This document shows, piece after piece, positions 50,341 to 61,490 of a stretch of 64,000 nucleotides of DNA. Positions within the stretch are counted from its first letter, which is position 1, and each line of letters begins with the position of its first letter. The stretch spans positions 4,712,001-4,776,000 of the forward strand of contig NC_090404.1 in assembly GCF_036365525.1 (NCBI RefSeq). Reading direction: 5' to 3'. The position numbers were made by a program, and so were the translations under genes. Under the pieces are notes generated by a model. It was given only the letters and a program-made list of their open reading frames with translations, searched no databases and was not told where the DNA came from. The DNA comes from Heterodontus francisci. Its lineage: Eukaryota.

Positions 50341-51120
50341 CATATACTATACTGTATCAGCCTATGATGGAGCAGGACGCTGCTCTTTAATGCAACGTGG
50401 CACCTGACTGTGACAGACTATAAGATGGGAGGTGCTCCTCTTCGCTGTGCGGCCATTCTGTCCCTGGGCATTGGCATTTTGAGGCAGAAGGAAAGGTGTC
50501 TTTATTCTGATGGGCCACTGGATGGCGCAGCAGCACCGTCACCGAAAGACTTTTGGTTCAAACACAAACCAGACAGGACTGGTGGAAAATAGCTGTCAGG
50601 AAAAGGAAAAATGTGTAATCGGTAAAATGGAGTGTGTGAATGGGCCTTGGAGCAAGGAATTCAGCAAAGTCAAGTTAGTCCATTTGTTACTCAAGATTTA
50701 TTAACAATTTCAAAAAAAACATTTTACAGAAACATTCTTAAAGGGTCCAAAGTGAATTTAACACCTGTGAGTCACATTGAGGACAAAACACATGCGATCT
50801 GAGCTGTAGACTACTTCTAAAATTGTTACAGATCAGAGAGAAAACAGGGGCTCAACATAAAGAGAAGGAAACAGTTGCGAATAAGGAATAGTTATTTATT
50901 TACAGATGAAATTCAAACTATTGTGAAACGCGAAGGCGCATAGACATTATAGGTAAGATTATCTGACACAATTCAAAGAGAAAAACGGAAACAATGTTTA
51001 TGATCTTCTCAGCTACAGATTCTGAACCATAAACTGACGGCAATTTACTTTTACAGTTTGTTTGATAATACAGAAATGTTAAAAAATAAGGAAAATCCAT
51101 GGCGGCCGAAATTCGATCGA

Positions 51121-51129
51121 TTACTTAAC
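51121..51129 (-). CDS. IGHM: IgM TM2 exon (VK-stop); poly(A) signals at 50895-50900 and 50697-50702
   Basis: TTTTGCAG|GTT AAG TAA. Confidence 0.9.
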   Translation of the reverse strand, partial: VK

Positions 51130-51261
51130 CTGCAAAAGAGGGATAAATGAATGAAGCAGAGATTTCGTGGTCTTGGACATTCATCTCAGAACTATGAAAT
51201 TTTAGAGATTTGTTAAACAGCTTCATTTAATTTGAAATGTGAGTGGATTGAATATTCTCAC

Positions 51262-51389
51262 CTTCACCAGAGTGACGGCAGCGCTGTAGAAAATGCTCAG
51301 GAAGAACAGGATGATGAATGTGGAAGCGGTTGTCCAGATGTTGCCGCTCTCTTCCTCATTGTCTTCAATCCAGATGTGGCCTGAGTAAT
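51262..51389 (-). CDS. IGHM: IgM TM1 exon
   Basis: [43 protein letters not shown]|GTGAG (CART motif); splices from the internal Cmu4 donor after 54256. Confidence 0.95.
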
Positions 51390-51899
51390 CTTCGGGTTTT
51401 TAGAGGAGAAATATATTTAGATCGTTCATTAATCCAGGATATAAGATTGTCAATTTGCACTCGCAGAGTTCTTCCTTAAGCCATTATTTTGCTCTCTAAT
51501 TTAATTTTCAATTTGTATCGATTGTGAGGTTAATCACTCTTAGCAATCTACCTCTGTTACTAACCCCACAGCCATTCTTCCCATATGATCCTCGTCCAGG
51601 CCCTGTTGGAAAATATGATATTTCTTTCTTCAGGGTCAGGCGCTATTCTAGTCTGGATCAATCTTGTTCTATCATTCGGGATATCGATGGAATTTTACTG
51701 ATCAATATCGATAGTTTTGAGATTTTCATTGGTGCTGGGAAAGAGATTGGATGCGAGTTCTAATCTTGTTTATTTGTGATGGAAGTTGTTGGGCAATCAT
51801 TAATTGACCTAACTTTCTAAGCGAAAACTTTGCTTCACTGTGTTTGTAGGTCCAACATATACGAGGGAATATGTTGGAGAAGGTGCCCATTCAAACAGT

Positions 51900-52880
51900 G
51901 CATTTGAATGCTACTTTCACATATCGCCTGGTGCTTTTGTTTGTACGCTTTAATACATGTGTATGTGTGCATAAGTATCTGTTACTTTTCATCACTCAGT
52001 GCGTGTCCATGGCTTGTGTGTGTGAGATTTAATGTATGTTTTAATGCGTTTCTTTGTGCACCCGCCTGTGAATGTCTCAATGTGCGTATTTATATCTTGA
52101 TGCCCGTGTGTTGTGTCCCTGTATGTTAGTATGTGCTTATGTGCCAATGTGTATCAATGTGTGTTTTCAAGTGGCCGCGTGTGTGTGTATGTGCATGTGC
52201 GTGTGTATAAAATATATCATCCTTAATGTTTTGTCTTCATTCATCCATGTGTGTGCATGAGCATGATAATGTTTGTTTTTGTGTGTGGTTTGGTCCCCAT
52301 GCGTGCTTCATGTTGTGAGCATTTGTGTTGACAGATGTCTTTATGTTTTCCTGTGCGTCAATGTGTGTTTATGTTTCCATGTGTGCGTATGCGTTTGTTA
52401 ATGTTTGTTTTGTGTGCTTCTGTCCCCATAAGTGTGATAATGCGTCTGCTTTTGTGTTGATGTCTACGTTTATGCATTAATATGTGTGATTATGTGTACA
52501 TGTGTGCTAATGCGTGTGTTATGTGCATGTTTTTGCATCCATGTATGTGTCATAATGTTAATGTTGGTGTCTATTTGTGTGTGAGTGATCGTGTTAATGT
52601 GTCTGTTTAAATGTTTGAGTGCAGATGTGTTTGTCTGTTAATGTGCGAGTATGTTTCCATCTAGCTGTGTTTATGTCTATGATAATGAAAGCTTTTCCGT
52701 CTATGTTTCTGTGTTTGTGAGACTGTACTAATGTGTACATTTATGTTTATTTTTGCGTGGGTGACTGTGAAGTGTTTATATCTGCGTTTGAGTCTGTTTG
52801 TGTGTGTAGGTGTAAGTGTGTGGTTGTGCATTTGAGTGTGTTTATGTGTGTGTTTTTGTCTGTGTGCCTGCGCATCTTTA
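51900..52880 (+). repeat. ~1-kb degenerate (TG)-rich low-complexity tract in the Cmu4-TM1 intron
   Basis: Direct inspection. Confidence 0.8.
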
Positions 52881-53034
52881 TTCTTGTTCAAAGTTTTACA
52901 GAGAATAAATAACCGGGTCTGACCCTGACGGTGTGCATTATGGAGAATATTCTTCACTGTTCTGTGTATAAATGTATTCTGTGCGAGATGTCATCTGACA
53001 TCATCTGAATGACTGCAACAATGCAACTGATGGA

Positions 53035-53245
53035 TAAAAACAGAAGTTCTGGAAATACTCAGCAGGTCAGACAGCAGCTGTGGACAGAGAAGCAGAATTA
53101 ACGTTTCAGGTCGGTGCCCTTTTCACACACCTGAAATGTTAACTCTGCTTCTCTCTCCACAGATGCTGCCTGACCTGCTGAGTATTTAAGCATCTTCTGT
53201 TTTTATTTCAGATTTCCAATATCTGCAATATTTTGCTTTTATTTC
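53035..53245. mobile_element. Palindromic Penelope-derived non-autonomous element (~75-bp arms); related pieces at ~22905-23060 and ~28130-28240
   Basis: AAAACAGAAG.TCTGGAAATACTCAGCAGGTCAG...AACGTTTCAGG / CCTGAAATGTTAAC...CTGACCTGCTGAGTATTT...CTTCTGTTTT. Confidence 0.75.
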
Positions 53246-54193
53246 CATGAAACTGATGGGCCACAGAAACATCAGGAACAGGAGATGATTAAATCTTCAG
53301 CTAGATTTAGATGATTATGTTATTGGAATTTAACAGGGAAACCGTGAACGATATTACGTTACATAAATATATATTTTACAATGTGATTCCCATGTGGAAA
53401 GTTTAAAATCTTCGCACACTGCGCTCGAAGCCGACTTTGTACTGATGGCATTTGAGTCCATTTAATAGAGAGCAGGGGGAGTGGGAGTATAAGGTTTACA
53501 AATGTCCTTGCCCCTTTTTCTGTTGGAGGAAATGTGGCGAGGAGCTACAGTCAGTTCACAATTCTCTTTCCCGTCTGTCTGTTGCAGAAGTACCGTTGCA
53601 GTGGATTCACAAGTACCCTTTCCTCTTCTCTGTTTGGGAAGTGGGGTACAGTGTTTTAGTAAATTCCTCTTCCCCCTCTTTCTGTTGGGGGATTTTGGGA
53701 AGATTTCGTATTCGTGTGTGGCCATCACTTCAGTTCCCAGTGCGCATGATGCTGCAACTAAAAACTGACCCTATTCTGAAGGGATGGCCAACACGAGAAG
53801 CAGGTACACCGAGATCTAAATGCACTGCGTATTTTTGTTGGTAAGGAGAAATGTCCAGATTCCCCATCTCCTCCTCCCCGGCCCCCCACCCCTGTCCCCC
53901 TCTAATGCTCCCCACCGCCTCCCCCTCCTCCAACGGGAGGAAAGTTGCTGAAATACTTCCACAGAATCCAATAATGAATCAGGTTTACTCTGTGAATTAT
54001 TATGTGCTGGAAACACTGGTTGTACAAGACTTGGGCCCGAGACCTGCAAATATCATGCTTTGATGAAAAGACATACACTTAGCAAATGTGGGAAGCACAA
54101 TTAATTGAGCTGTTGTGTATTTAAATCGCGATTGGAAGAAAAGGTCTTTATAGTGTTTTTTTATTTAAGAATTGAAATGCAATCGAGAAATTC

Positions 54194-54588
54194 TCATTGA
54201 CATGAATTAACGGTGTCCAACAGTGCAAGGGAAATGTTCACAAAACTCGGTTTACCGCTGGATTTATTAACTGTTCTGTTGATGATCTTCAAGGGGATCG
54301 CTTCATGTCCCACCACACAGGAGTAAGAAGCGCCGCTGGCCCACTCCTTTGCTGCAATGGATAACAGGCTGTAGATGAAGAAGGAGCTCTTGTCGTTCTC
54401 CGCCATCACCTCGGTGTTCTTGTAGTTGCCGGGATTCACCGACTTGTCATTGACGGTCCACTTGACGAAGATCTCTCGGGGGGAGAAACCTCGCACTAAG
54501 CAGGTGAGGGAGAGGAACCTCTCTGCGGAGATTTCTTCTGCTGGGGGCAGGAGAACAGACACAGACGGTTCCCGCAGATCTTTCCATG
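54194..54588 (-). CDS. IGHM: IgM Cmu4 plus secretory tailpiece; poly(A) signal at 54160-54165
   Basis: AG|(A)[15 protein letters not shown]...[44 protein letters not shown]; penultimate Cys; internal G|GTAAA donor at 54256/54255. Confidence 0.97.
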
Positions 54589-55058
54589 CTGAAAAATTAA
54601 AATAAATGTCAATAAACTAGACAATTTCAGAGACAATGACACCAGTGGTTAAATGTGAGAGAAATTGTGAAGGTTTTCCTTTTCGTCTCTGGGGCCTGTG
54701 CTGTTTTCCAGCCGGTGCAGAGGTGCTGCAATCCTGCTCGCTGAGAACATAAAGGATTAGACTGGAAAATTACATAGAACTTGCAGCACAGGAGCAGGCC
54801 ATTAGGACGAGCTAGCCTATGCTGGTGTTTATGCTGCACACGGACCTCCTCCCACCTTACTTCAGCTCTTTCTATTCCTTTCTCCATAATCTACGTATCT
54901 AGCATCACTTAAAATGCATCACCTCTGGTCCCAGGGAGGTTCATTAGTGAATTACAATTAAATTATCAGCGTAATCCATTCAACCACTTAATTGGGCCTT
55001 GCACAAACACCGGCAAGAAGCACAACATCTGATTTATTGCTTCAATCACATTGCTCAC

Positions 55059-55364
55059 CTTCCTTGTGGATGGCATCTCTGAGAGGAGTCGGCAGATCCT
55101 GATGGCTCACCACACAGTAGAACACAGCCTCACTCAGCCAGGCTTGTGTCGAGATGTCTACAGTGCTGATCACGCTGTCGGGATCCTCTCCGGGTTGGAC
55201 GGCAATCTCTGATTTCAAAGGCTTCTGTTCTTGTGTCCAGGACACGTTGACACCATAAGGAGCATTAGACACGACGCAGGTTAAGGTGACCGTCGCCTCC
55301 AGTAAGACCTGTTCTATTGATGGTGGCAGTAGTTTAATTACTGGATGATTGCACTCGGAAGAAT
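55059..55364 (-). CDS. IGHM: IgM Cmu3 exon (306 nt)
   Basis: [30 protein letters not shown]...[21 protein letters not shown]; AG/GT phase-1 boundaries. Confidence 0.97.
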
Positions 55365-56768
55365 CTGTAGAACAGAAATGAGAGTCAAAGAAATCTCCAT
55401 CTTCAGGATCAGGACGCGAGTATTTAACTATCACTTTTTTCAGGAGGGGAAAAACACCTTTCGCTTCAACACTGTCGTTCATGGGAAGGGCAACGATTTG
55501 TAAAATCTGGGACATCCAAGCGGATCACATCTCTGCTGAATATAATGGCTCTGTCACCCTAGGACATGAGCTACACATGTAATTCATACTGGCTCAAAAC
55601 GAATGAAATTACGAATTTTAGGACCAACTGGAAACAAAGTTAATGTTCTGGTGCCTTGTCAGTATATTTGGGGAGATGAAAATGTTCAGCAACCAGTCAG
55701 AGGAGGGGCGAAAGGTCGGTAAAATGCAGTCCCAAGGTTTTTGTTTTTGTGTGGTGAGGAATAATTCGCAATACCGGATGAGATAGTTTTCTAATATCTG
55801 CCACGAGTGAGTATTTCTCATGTGTCGGCCTGGAGTTAGAAGGCGATCTGACCACAGGACTGTAATAAGAGCATAAGAATAAGATTAGGCCATTCAGCCC
55901 CTCGAGCACGTTCCGCCATTCAATTACACGATGGCTGAATTGTATCTTAATTCTGTTTACCCATGTATAACCCTTAATACCCTTACCTGTCAGAAATCTA
56001 TCACTCGCAACATTAAAGTTTTCAATGGATGTCAAGCTTCTAAAGTGAGTTGGGGGAGAGAATTCCAGATTACCGCTATCTACTGTGTGAATACTCCCTT
56101 CCTGATATCATTCCTGAATGACCATGGTCTAATCTGAAGGTTATGCCCCCTTGTTCTGAAGTTCCTCACCCGAGGAAATATTTTTCTCCATTGACTCCAT
56201 CAATTCCAGTAAACATCTTAACCACCTCAATTAGATCACCCTTTAATCTTCTGTCCTCAAAGCAATACCAGTTTGGCCTGTGAAACCTGTCCTCTTAACT
56301 TAACCCGATCAGCCCCGTTATCATTATGGTCAATTCTTGTTGCACCACTCCCAAGGCCAATACATTCTTCCTGTGCTCTGCAGTCCAGAATTGAACACAG
56401 TTTTCTAAATAGGGTAGATGCTCTTTCTGGCACCTGATTCCGAGGCCGTTACCAAGAAAGGGTTCCAGATGCCGATTGCTGCTCCGTGTATGATTAACCC
56501 ATTCAGGATAAAGCTGATATACAGGCCACCTCACTCACTATATAACATCACAGGAGAGCTAAACATTCTTTCATGATGTGATGACATGTTGAACCGTGAG
56601 CAATCCTAATTTCTAATTTCTAAATCCTAAACTCACAGCCAAATAACACATAAAAACTGCACGATGGCGATTTAGAAATTGTTCTTTGTACTAACTCCAA
56701 TAAATTCCTGACTTTCAGTAACATGGAGTACAGAAAGGTGTGGAGCTTCCTGGGACTGTGCATCTTAC

Positions 56769-57086
56769 CTGGCGATCCGGTGATGTTTCGGCTTTGGGTG
56801 GCCGCTTGATGGGAGACCTGGCAGGTATAGACCGTGTTGGTGAACCATTCCCGAGCGGGGACTGTCAGCCGACTGGTCGCTGAGAAATTCCCGTTCGTTT
56901 CACAGGCGGGAGAGGTGACGAAGCCCGATTCCATGGGATGTCCATCCTTCAACCAACTCACGGTTATTGCTTCTGGATGGAAATCGATGATTGAACACAC
57001 GACAGTTGCAAATCTGCTGCTTGTGATTTCTTCACTGGAAGTCTGGGTGAGGATAACCGTTGGATGGACGATGTCACCTTTACAAT
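56769..57086 (-). CDS. IGHM: IgM Cmu2 exon (318 nt)
   Basis: [15 protein letters not shown]...[20 protein letters not shown]...[20 protein letters not shown]; phase-1 boundaries. Confidence 0.97.
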
Positions 57087-57298
57087 CTTCAAGAAAAAAC
57101 ATGTTAGACATTTCTAGAAGAAGTTAATAACTGATACAAACTGTTCTGATATTTTAACAGGTTATTTGCATCAAGCAGGCACTAACTGATGTTTCCAGGG
57201 GTCTGCACTGTGCACAACACTCTAAATGTGGAATAGCCAATGTTCTACACAAGATCCTTCTAGCTTTTCTGTTTTTCCACAGTTTCCACAACACTAAC

Positions 57299-57595
57299 CT
57301 GGAATTTCCTTGATCCAGAGCGACTCGCCGCGTCGAACCTCGCAGTAGATTTTGCTGCTTCCCACCTCTGACTCGGTGATGGTTAATTGGCTGCTCAGGG
57401 TGTAGGTTCCCTTCTTGTTCAGCACTGACGGGTAAGTCTTCAAACCAGTGGTGATCGGTTCTTCACCTTTCTTCCAGGAAACGCTGGTGATTTGGGGGAT
57501 GTAGTCCATCGCCAAACAGCCGTAGGCCATGGAGCCATCGGTGTTGGGTTGTTCACAGGAGCACAGGCCGTAAAGAGTTGGGGGAGACGGTGTCG
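57299..57595 (-). CDS. IGHM: IgM Cmu1 exon (297 nt)
   Basis: [43 protein letters not shown]...[17 protein letters not shown]; phase-1 boundaries. Confidence 0.97.
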
Positions 57596-59129
57596 CTAGG
57601 AAAGAATGGCAAATTGAACAAGTTAGACTGTGATTCATGCTTATTAAGTAACCAGACATCTCGCAATTCGACTCCAGCTGGAAACTGATTCCAATATTTT
57701 CCGATTAAAACCTTCATCCGCATTTGAGCTGCGATCAGTTACATCATTTGGTGTTCATCACCTGTCGGTCCCCTGGTCAGGAACACACCTCTCTTTCAAG
57801 ACCTGTCACATTACAAAACTAAGAGCCTTTTGAAGTTATCTCAATGAGGTATTTTTCATTGGATTAAACTGAAAGAGGAGTTTCCCCACTTTGTTCGGCC
57901 AATATTTATTTCTAAATCAACAACACTTGGTCAAAAAACATGCGGCATTTAGTTTTTGGAAATTTCTTCTCTGCAAATTGACTACTGGGTTTCCCCGCAC
58001 CTCCACCTCCTCCCAGCAACCCTCCCCACCACCAGCAGACCACCCCGCCCCCCAACTCCCACTCCCCCTCCAAAAATATAGCAACTACTCTGAAAAAGTG
58101 CCATTGGAATGCGTGCTTGTAAAATGAACTTAATACTGTAAACTTGAATACAAGGCAAATTCATACCATTACTTTCCCATAAAAACCTACAATACATCTG
58201 AGCATGCTTATGACCCTGGGTGATAAATTCATAGACATGATAGCTGAGAAGAAGGCCATTCGGTCCATCAGGCCTGTGAAAGATCACTCCAGCGATCCCG
58301 CTGACCTTCCAATTCCTTATCTTTTCAAAATTTCATTTTATCCAGCTATTTTAGATTCTGTTTACAGCCCTCTTTCTGATAGGACATTCCAGATCCTAAC
58401 AACCCCCTGTGTAGAAAAGTAGATTCATACACTCTTCCTTCATTCTTTTGACGCTGATTTTAAATCAGTGTCCTCTGCAGACCAACTCACTGATCTGGGC
58501 AAATTGGTATCTGAATTTCTGGATAAAACATTCATTATTCAAAACACCTCTACCAGACTTCATTTTAATCTTCTATGTTCCTATAATAATGAAGAACTTT
58601 TACAATAAATAGTTGAAGTCTACTTTAAAATATGGACTGAATCATTTCGTACACAGATTTCAGAGGGGAATTTTTACACAGCCTAGTTTCTGGAATTAAA
58701 GTTTTTAATGACTCGGCAATGACTCTAAGCTATCACTTTCCTTTTCAGTACTTGAAGATTGTGACTTCTGTTCTATATTATTCGACTGAATGGATTCTCT
58801 GGAGTTTGCTTCTCCCTCCAACTCAAATAATAAACCGAATTAGATCCGATTCCTAAAAATCGGTCATTTGGACTGATGCACTTTAAATGGTCCATTTAAC
58901 TTTCCAAAGTATCTTCCCACCCCTCACCAGTGAGAACTGGTGTTGCTGACTGTGTCGTTACAGACACATCTTCTTGCTGCTTGCACCGACCATAATGTGA
59001 ACATCAGGACTATTTTACAAATATTCTACAAATATCTGATATTGTCATTACTTAAACATTATAAATCGAGTGAATATCAGTCGGTTCCATGGAAGGAAGG
59101 ACAAAAGTTCCTGAAGTGTTATTGCTGAC

Positions 59130-60380
59130 ATGGTCAACTCTCACTTCTGATTTGTGCGGATAATTCAAACACCTGAGGCCTATCGGTCAGATATTGGAAG
59201 CTCGCTCACCAATATGATGTGAAAGAGGATGCTGGTTATGCTGGCGCAACAGTAGGACATATGGGCTTTCAAATGGCATTAGATAACATGTCACGTAAGA
59301 GAACATTCGGAAAATGGAAGCGCGTGGATTAAAGGGGTCTGAGTAACCTGTTCAGGTATAGGAAACAGAGAGTGACGGTGAACCAATGATTTTCTGACTG
59401 GAGAGAATTAAGCATTGTGATCCCCCCTTGGGTTGGTCATAGGGTCATTATTATTTTTGTTAAATATAATGACGTGGTATTGGGTATGGGGCGTAGAATT
59501 TCGAAGGTCAAAGACGATACTAAACAAATAGTGAGCAGGATAGTATCAGAGTTCAGAAGGACATGGGCAGGTGAAATGTTCAGAGACAGAGCAAATACAA
59601 TTTCATGCGGTTAAATGTGAAGTGCTGGAACTTTTGAGGGACAACACGGAAAGTTAATGCAATCTAAATGGTCCGATATTCAAGGGGTAGAAATGTAGAG
59701 GGACCAGAGTTGCATTTTCACAATGTTTTTTTTCAAGGTCGTTAAGAAAGCGAATGGAATACTTGGTCTTATAAAATGTAGTACGAATTACAAAAAACCA
59801 GGAAGTCATATTAAAGTATTACTCATCACTAATTAGGCTGGAGTATTTTTGCACAATTCTGGCCGTCACACTTTCGAAAGGATGTCAAGGCTTTGTGGGG
59901 AGTGTCGAGGGAGTTTACCAGACTGATGCCAGGAATGAGGGAGTTCAGTTATATAGAGTTATTATACGAGATAATTGTTCTCGTTAGGCGATTACCGATT
60001 AGTTATGTTCAAAATTATGGGATGTTTTGATAGAGCAGATAAGGAAAAACTATTTCCTCTGAAAAGTGGGTCAGTAACAAAATAATTAATTGTCAAAAAC
60101 GAGCGTGGGCGGGTGGTGGCTGCGGAAAATGGATTCATTCCAGACAGAGGGGGCTTTTCACAGATGCATCGAACGATTACACCACAAAAGGAGGCCATTC
60201 AGCCCGTCGTGTCTGTGCAGGTTCTCTGCAGGCGCAACCGGACATATCCTCGAAGGACATTAATTTGCGTGGCTATGAGGGAAAAACTGTCTTGTAAGAT
60301 TAAATTGGAGAGCGCTTTGAGAGCTAACACAGGCATGACGGGCTGAATGGCCAAATTCTCTGCGAGAACTTTCTATCATT
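59130..60380 (+). mobile_element. Old degraded CR1 in the J-Cmu intron; other old CR1 3' fragments at ~54770-54925, 55865-56420 and 58230-58600 (minus)
   Basis: Recognisable decayed RT and 3'-tail sequence (e.g. GACGGGCTGAATGGCC, AGGAGGCCATTCAGCCC). Confidence 0.65.
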
Positions 60381-61099
60381 CTACCCGACTCAGTCGTATT
60401 AGTTATCCCCAATTTAATGGGACGAAAGGCTTCATAAATTTTAACATCTCTGTGACATATATTTTGTTGCTTTTTATAATGAAAGAGGGTTTTTAAAATA
60501 AGAGGTTCTGAGCGATTTTATTCAAATGAGTCAATCAGATACTGTCAGAGACTTAAAGCATATTGTGATTGACATTGATTGCAAGCTCATTGTATCACTT
60601 CAAAAATTTCACAAGAGCTTACTTCAGTGGCTCTGTGCCCTCTGCTGTGACACAATCCAATGATTGCAACTCACCAGAGTTTATCACTGACTGTCACCTT
60701 TTGAAAATACTAGAACTAAATAATGATTTCAAACATGAGAATATCATGATGGTTATTCGGAGCGGGAGTCTCCACTATCTCCATTTAAGGTGCCAAAATA
60801 ACGTCCAGTCTCCCATCAGATCAGAACAGGCGTTGGTCTCTGGAGCGTTACAATCACTTCCTGAAACTGTTTGTTCTGAAAGTGCACTCAAAATCAGGCC
60901 AATCTCATTCAATAATTATCTGAAACTTAATATGTTTAAATATTATTAATTCATTAAAATTTGGCCAAGAATTATTATTAAAATCAATTCATGTGCATTG
61001 TTTCATCTGGACAATTGAATAATTTATATTCATATATCTGGGTCGAGGACTCACAGCTTATGAGTTTGATGCACATTGAGATTCCTTGAACACTGTGGG

Positions 61100-61490
61100 G
61101 AAAACATTCTCAGATCAGGTACAGGACAGTTAAGCTGCAAAGTAAAGATCCCTCTATACGGCCCTATCATGAGTTGTAATCTCAGACATCGCAAGTGTTA
61201 AATTCCGTAGAAAGCCGCCTCTAGACTACACTGTCACTCTGGGTCAGGTACACCATCTGTTTAATATAAAATAAAAATTCCCTCTACGCTGTCCCATCAA
61301 ATATATCCAGGACAGGTTCAATCCGGTTTAGATACTGAGTAATTCCTCCCTCTACGCTGTCCCCATTAAGTAGTCCCAGGACAGTTACAATATAGATTAA
61401 ATATACAGGAAGACTTCCTCTACATTGCCGAATCAATCACTCCCAACGGAGGTACATTACTGATTACAAACTGACCAAATCTCCTTCTGC
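61100..61490 (-). repeat. ~65-bp degenerate tandem repeat, inverted relative to 50155-50340
   Basis: CCCTCTACGCTGTCCCATCAA...CCAGGACAG units. Confidence 0.7.

Noticed and set aside
57164-57171. Octamer ATTTGCAT in the Cmu1-Cmu2 intron
   Set aside because: A single 8-mer is expected by chance in 64 kb of AT-rich DNA; no supporting motif cluster
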